DNA of 14,959 nt, from assembly GCA_902385515.1 (NCBI GenBank), contig CABMGC010000049.1:1-14959 (forward strand), read 5' to 3'. Every line of letters starts with the position of its first letter. Position 1 is the first letter of the stretch. The notes under the pieces are model-generated. The model was not told where the DNA came from. It made no database searches and saw only the letters and a program-made list of their open reading frames with translations. The position numbers and the translations under genes were made by a program. The DNA is from an uncultured archaeon (GTDB lineage: Archaea; Micrarchaeota; Micrarchaeia; Micrarchaeales; CABMGC01). This document shows, piece after piece, positions 14,374 to 14,959 of the stretch.

Positions 14374-14673
14374 ATGGAGAAGAAGGGAGAAGAGGCAAGG
14401 ATCTCCGCGGTCAGCACTTACTGGGTGGTATCCGGAGCGATAACGTTCCTGATTGGAGTATGGCTTAACCAGATGAGCATGTGCCAGTGCCCGATAATCC
14501 AGGGGGCGTCGCTGGCTGGAGCGTACTGCAGCTGCGCAGGAAAGGGCGAGATCCTCGTAGGCCTAGGGCTCCTTGCCGCATTCACGGGGATAGTGATATA
14601 CGCTTCAAGGGCAAGAATCTCCCGGCTGATGAAACGCTATGTCGGAAAACCAAGGCGCCCGCGCAGAGGCTGA
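14374..14673 (+). CDS. Small Cys-rich membrane protein (two TM helices; CxC-x14-CxC between them).
   Basis: The GGAGG Shine-Dalgarno sequence lies 7 nt upstream of the ATG at 14374; the track start at 14368 is 2 codons earlier. TTTAAATA is at 14347-14354. The sequence reads ...STYWVVSGAITFLIGVWLNQMSMCQCPIIQGASLAGAYCSCAGKGEILVGLGLLAAFTGIVIYASRARISRLMKRYVGKPRRPRRG. Confidence 0.5.
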   Translation: MEKKGEEARISAVSTYWVVSGAITFLIGVWLNQMSMCQCPIIQGASLAGAYCSCAGKGEILVGLGLLAAFTGIVIYASRARISRLMKRYVGKPRRPRRG

Positions 14674-14699
14674 CTCACCCTCGATTTAAAAAAAATAAA

Positions 14700-14747
14700 G
14701 GCTACCGGAGCTTAGCTCCGATAGCCAGTCGGGCTTCTTGCTTTTTC
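14700..14747. terminator. Bidirectional terminator. A 12-bp hairpin (GGCTACCGGAGC-TTA-GCTCCGATAGCC, one mismatch) is flanked by A8 on the left and T5 on the right.
   Basis: On the minus strand the hairpin is followed directly by TTTATTTTTTTT, which would terminate the 14746..14949 gene. On the plus strand CTTGCTTTTTC follows about 15 nt after the hairpin, which would terminate the 14374..14673 gene. Confidence 0.5.
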
Positions 14748-14949
14748 AGCCCGCAGTCACTTCCGTAGACGCGAACGATCCTCCAACTCCCTGCACGCTG
14801 ATCACGTACCGATCACCGGGCACGGCGTTCATTTGCAGGGAGCCCTCGTTAACGAGCAGCTTGCCAGTGTAGGTCAGGGTCACTGACGAGCCCGCGGATA
14901 GAGCGTAGCCCTGCACCCCCTCGAACTCCGACGACGCGTTCGGAGTCAT
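14746..14949 (-). CDS. C-terminal part of a hypothetical Ser/Thr/Gly/Val-rich protein with a beta-rich, secreted-like composition. It probably extends beyond the window end.
   Basis: The frame is open to the window edge, with an ATG at 14949 and no upstream stop within the window. TGA stop at 14746. Confidence 0.3.
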   Translation of the reverse strand: MTPNASSEFEGVQGYALSAGSSVTLTYTGKLLVNEGSLQMNAVPGDRYVISVQGVGGSFASTEVTAG

Positions 14950-14959
14950 TAGCGATCCG

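Overview
This is an archaeal chromosomal window of about 15 kb, moderately GC-rich, with TATA-box promoters, short or no leaders, and GTG and TTG starts. It holds a divergent, stand-alone 16S rRNA gene on the minus strand (about 2406-3893). That gene has its own promoter, a leader-trailer processing helix and an oligo-T terminator, and no tRNA or 23S follows it. It is flanked by a class I SAM methyltransferase on one side and a radical SAM/SPASM enzyme on the other. The left end carries a partial HemN/HemW-family radical SAM gene translationally coupled to a small protein with two degenerate LAGLIDADG-like motifs and a C-terminal AT-hook. The right half is the conserved archaeal translation/SRP cluster rpoL-DUF99 ... 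rps19e-PDCD5-like-rpl39e-rpl31e-aIF6-[insertion]-pfdA-ftsY. The DUF99 (UPF0215) gene is interrupted by an in-frame TAG. A flotillin gene and an unknown 161-aa protein sit where rplX (L18Ae) normally lies. Prefoldin alpha carries a natural His-rich N-terminal tag, and L31e has a Lys/Ala/Pro-rich tail. Two small Cys-containing membrane proteins and a bidirectional terminator hairpin lie at the right end. I found no CRISPR array, tRNA or obvious mobile element. The most unusual signals are the orphan divergent 16S unit with its enzyme neighbours, the degenerate LAGLIDADG/AT-hook protein coupled to HemN, the TAG-interrupted DUF99 gene and the accessory insertion in the ribosomal cluster.
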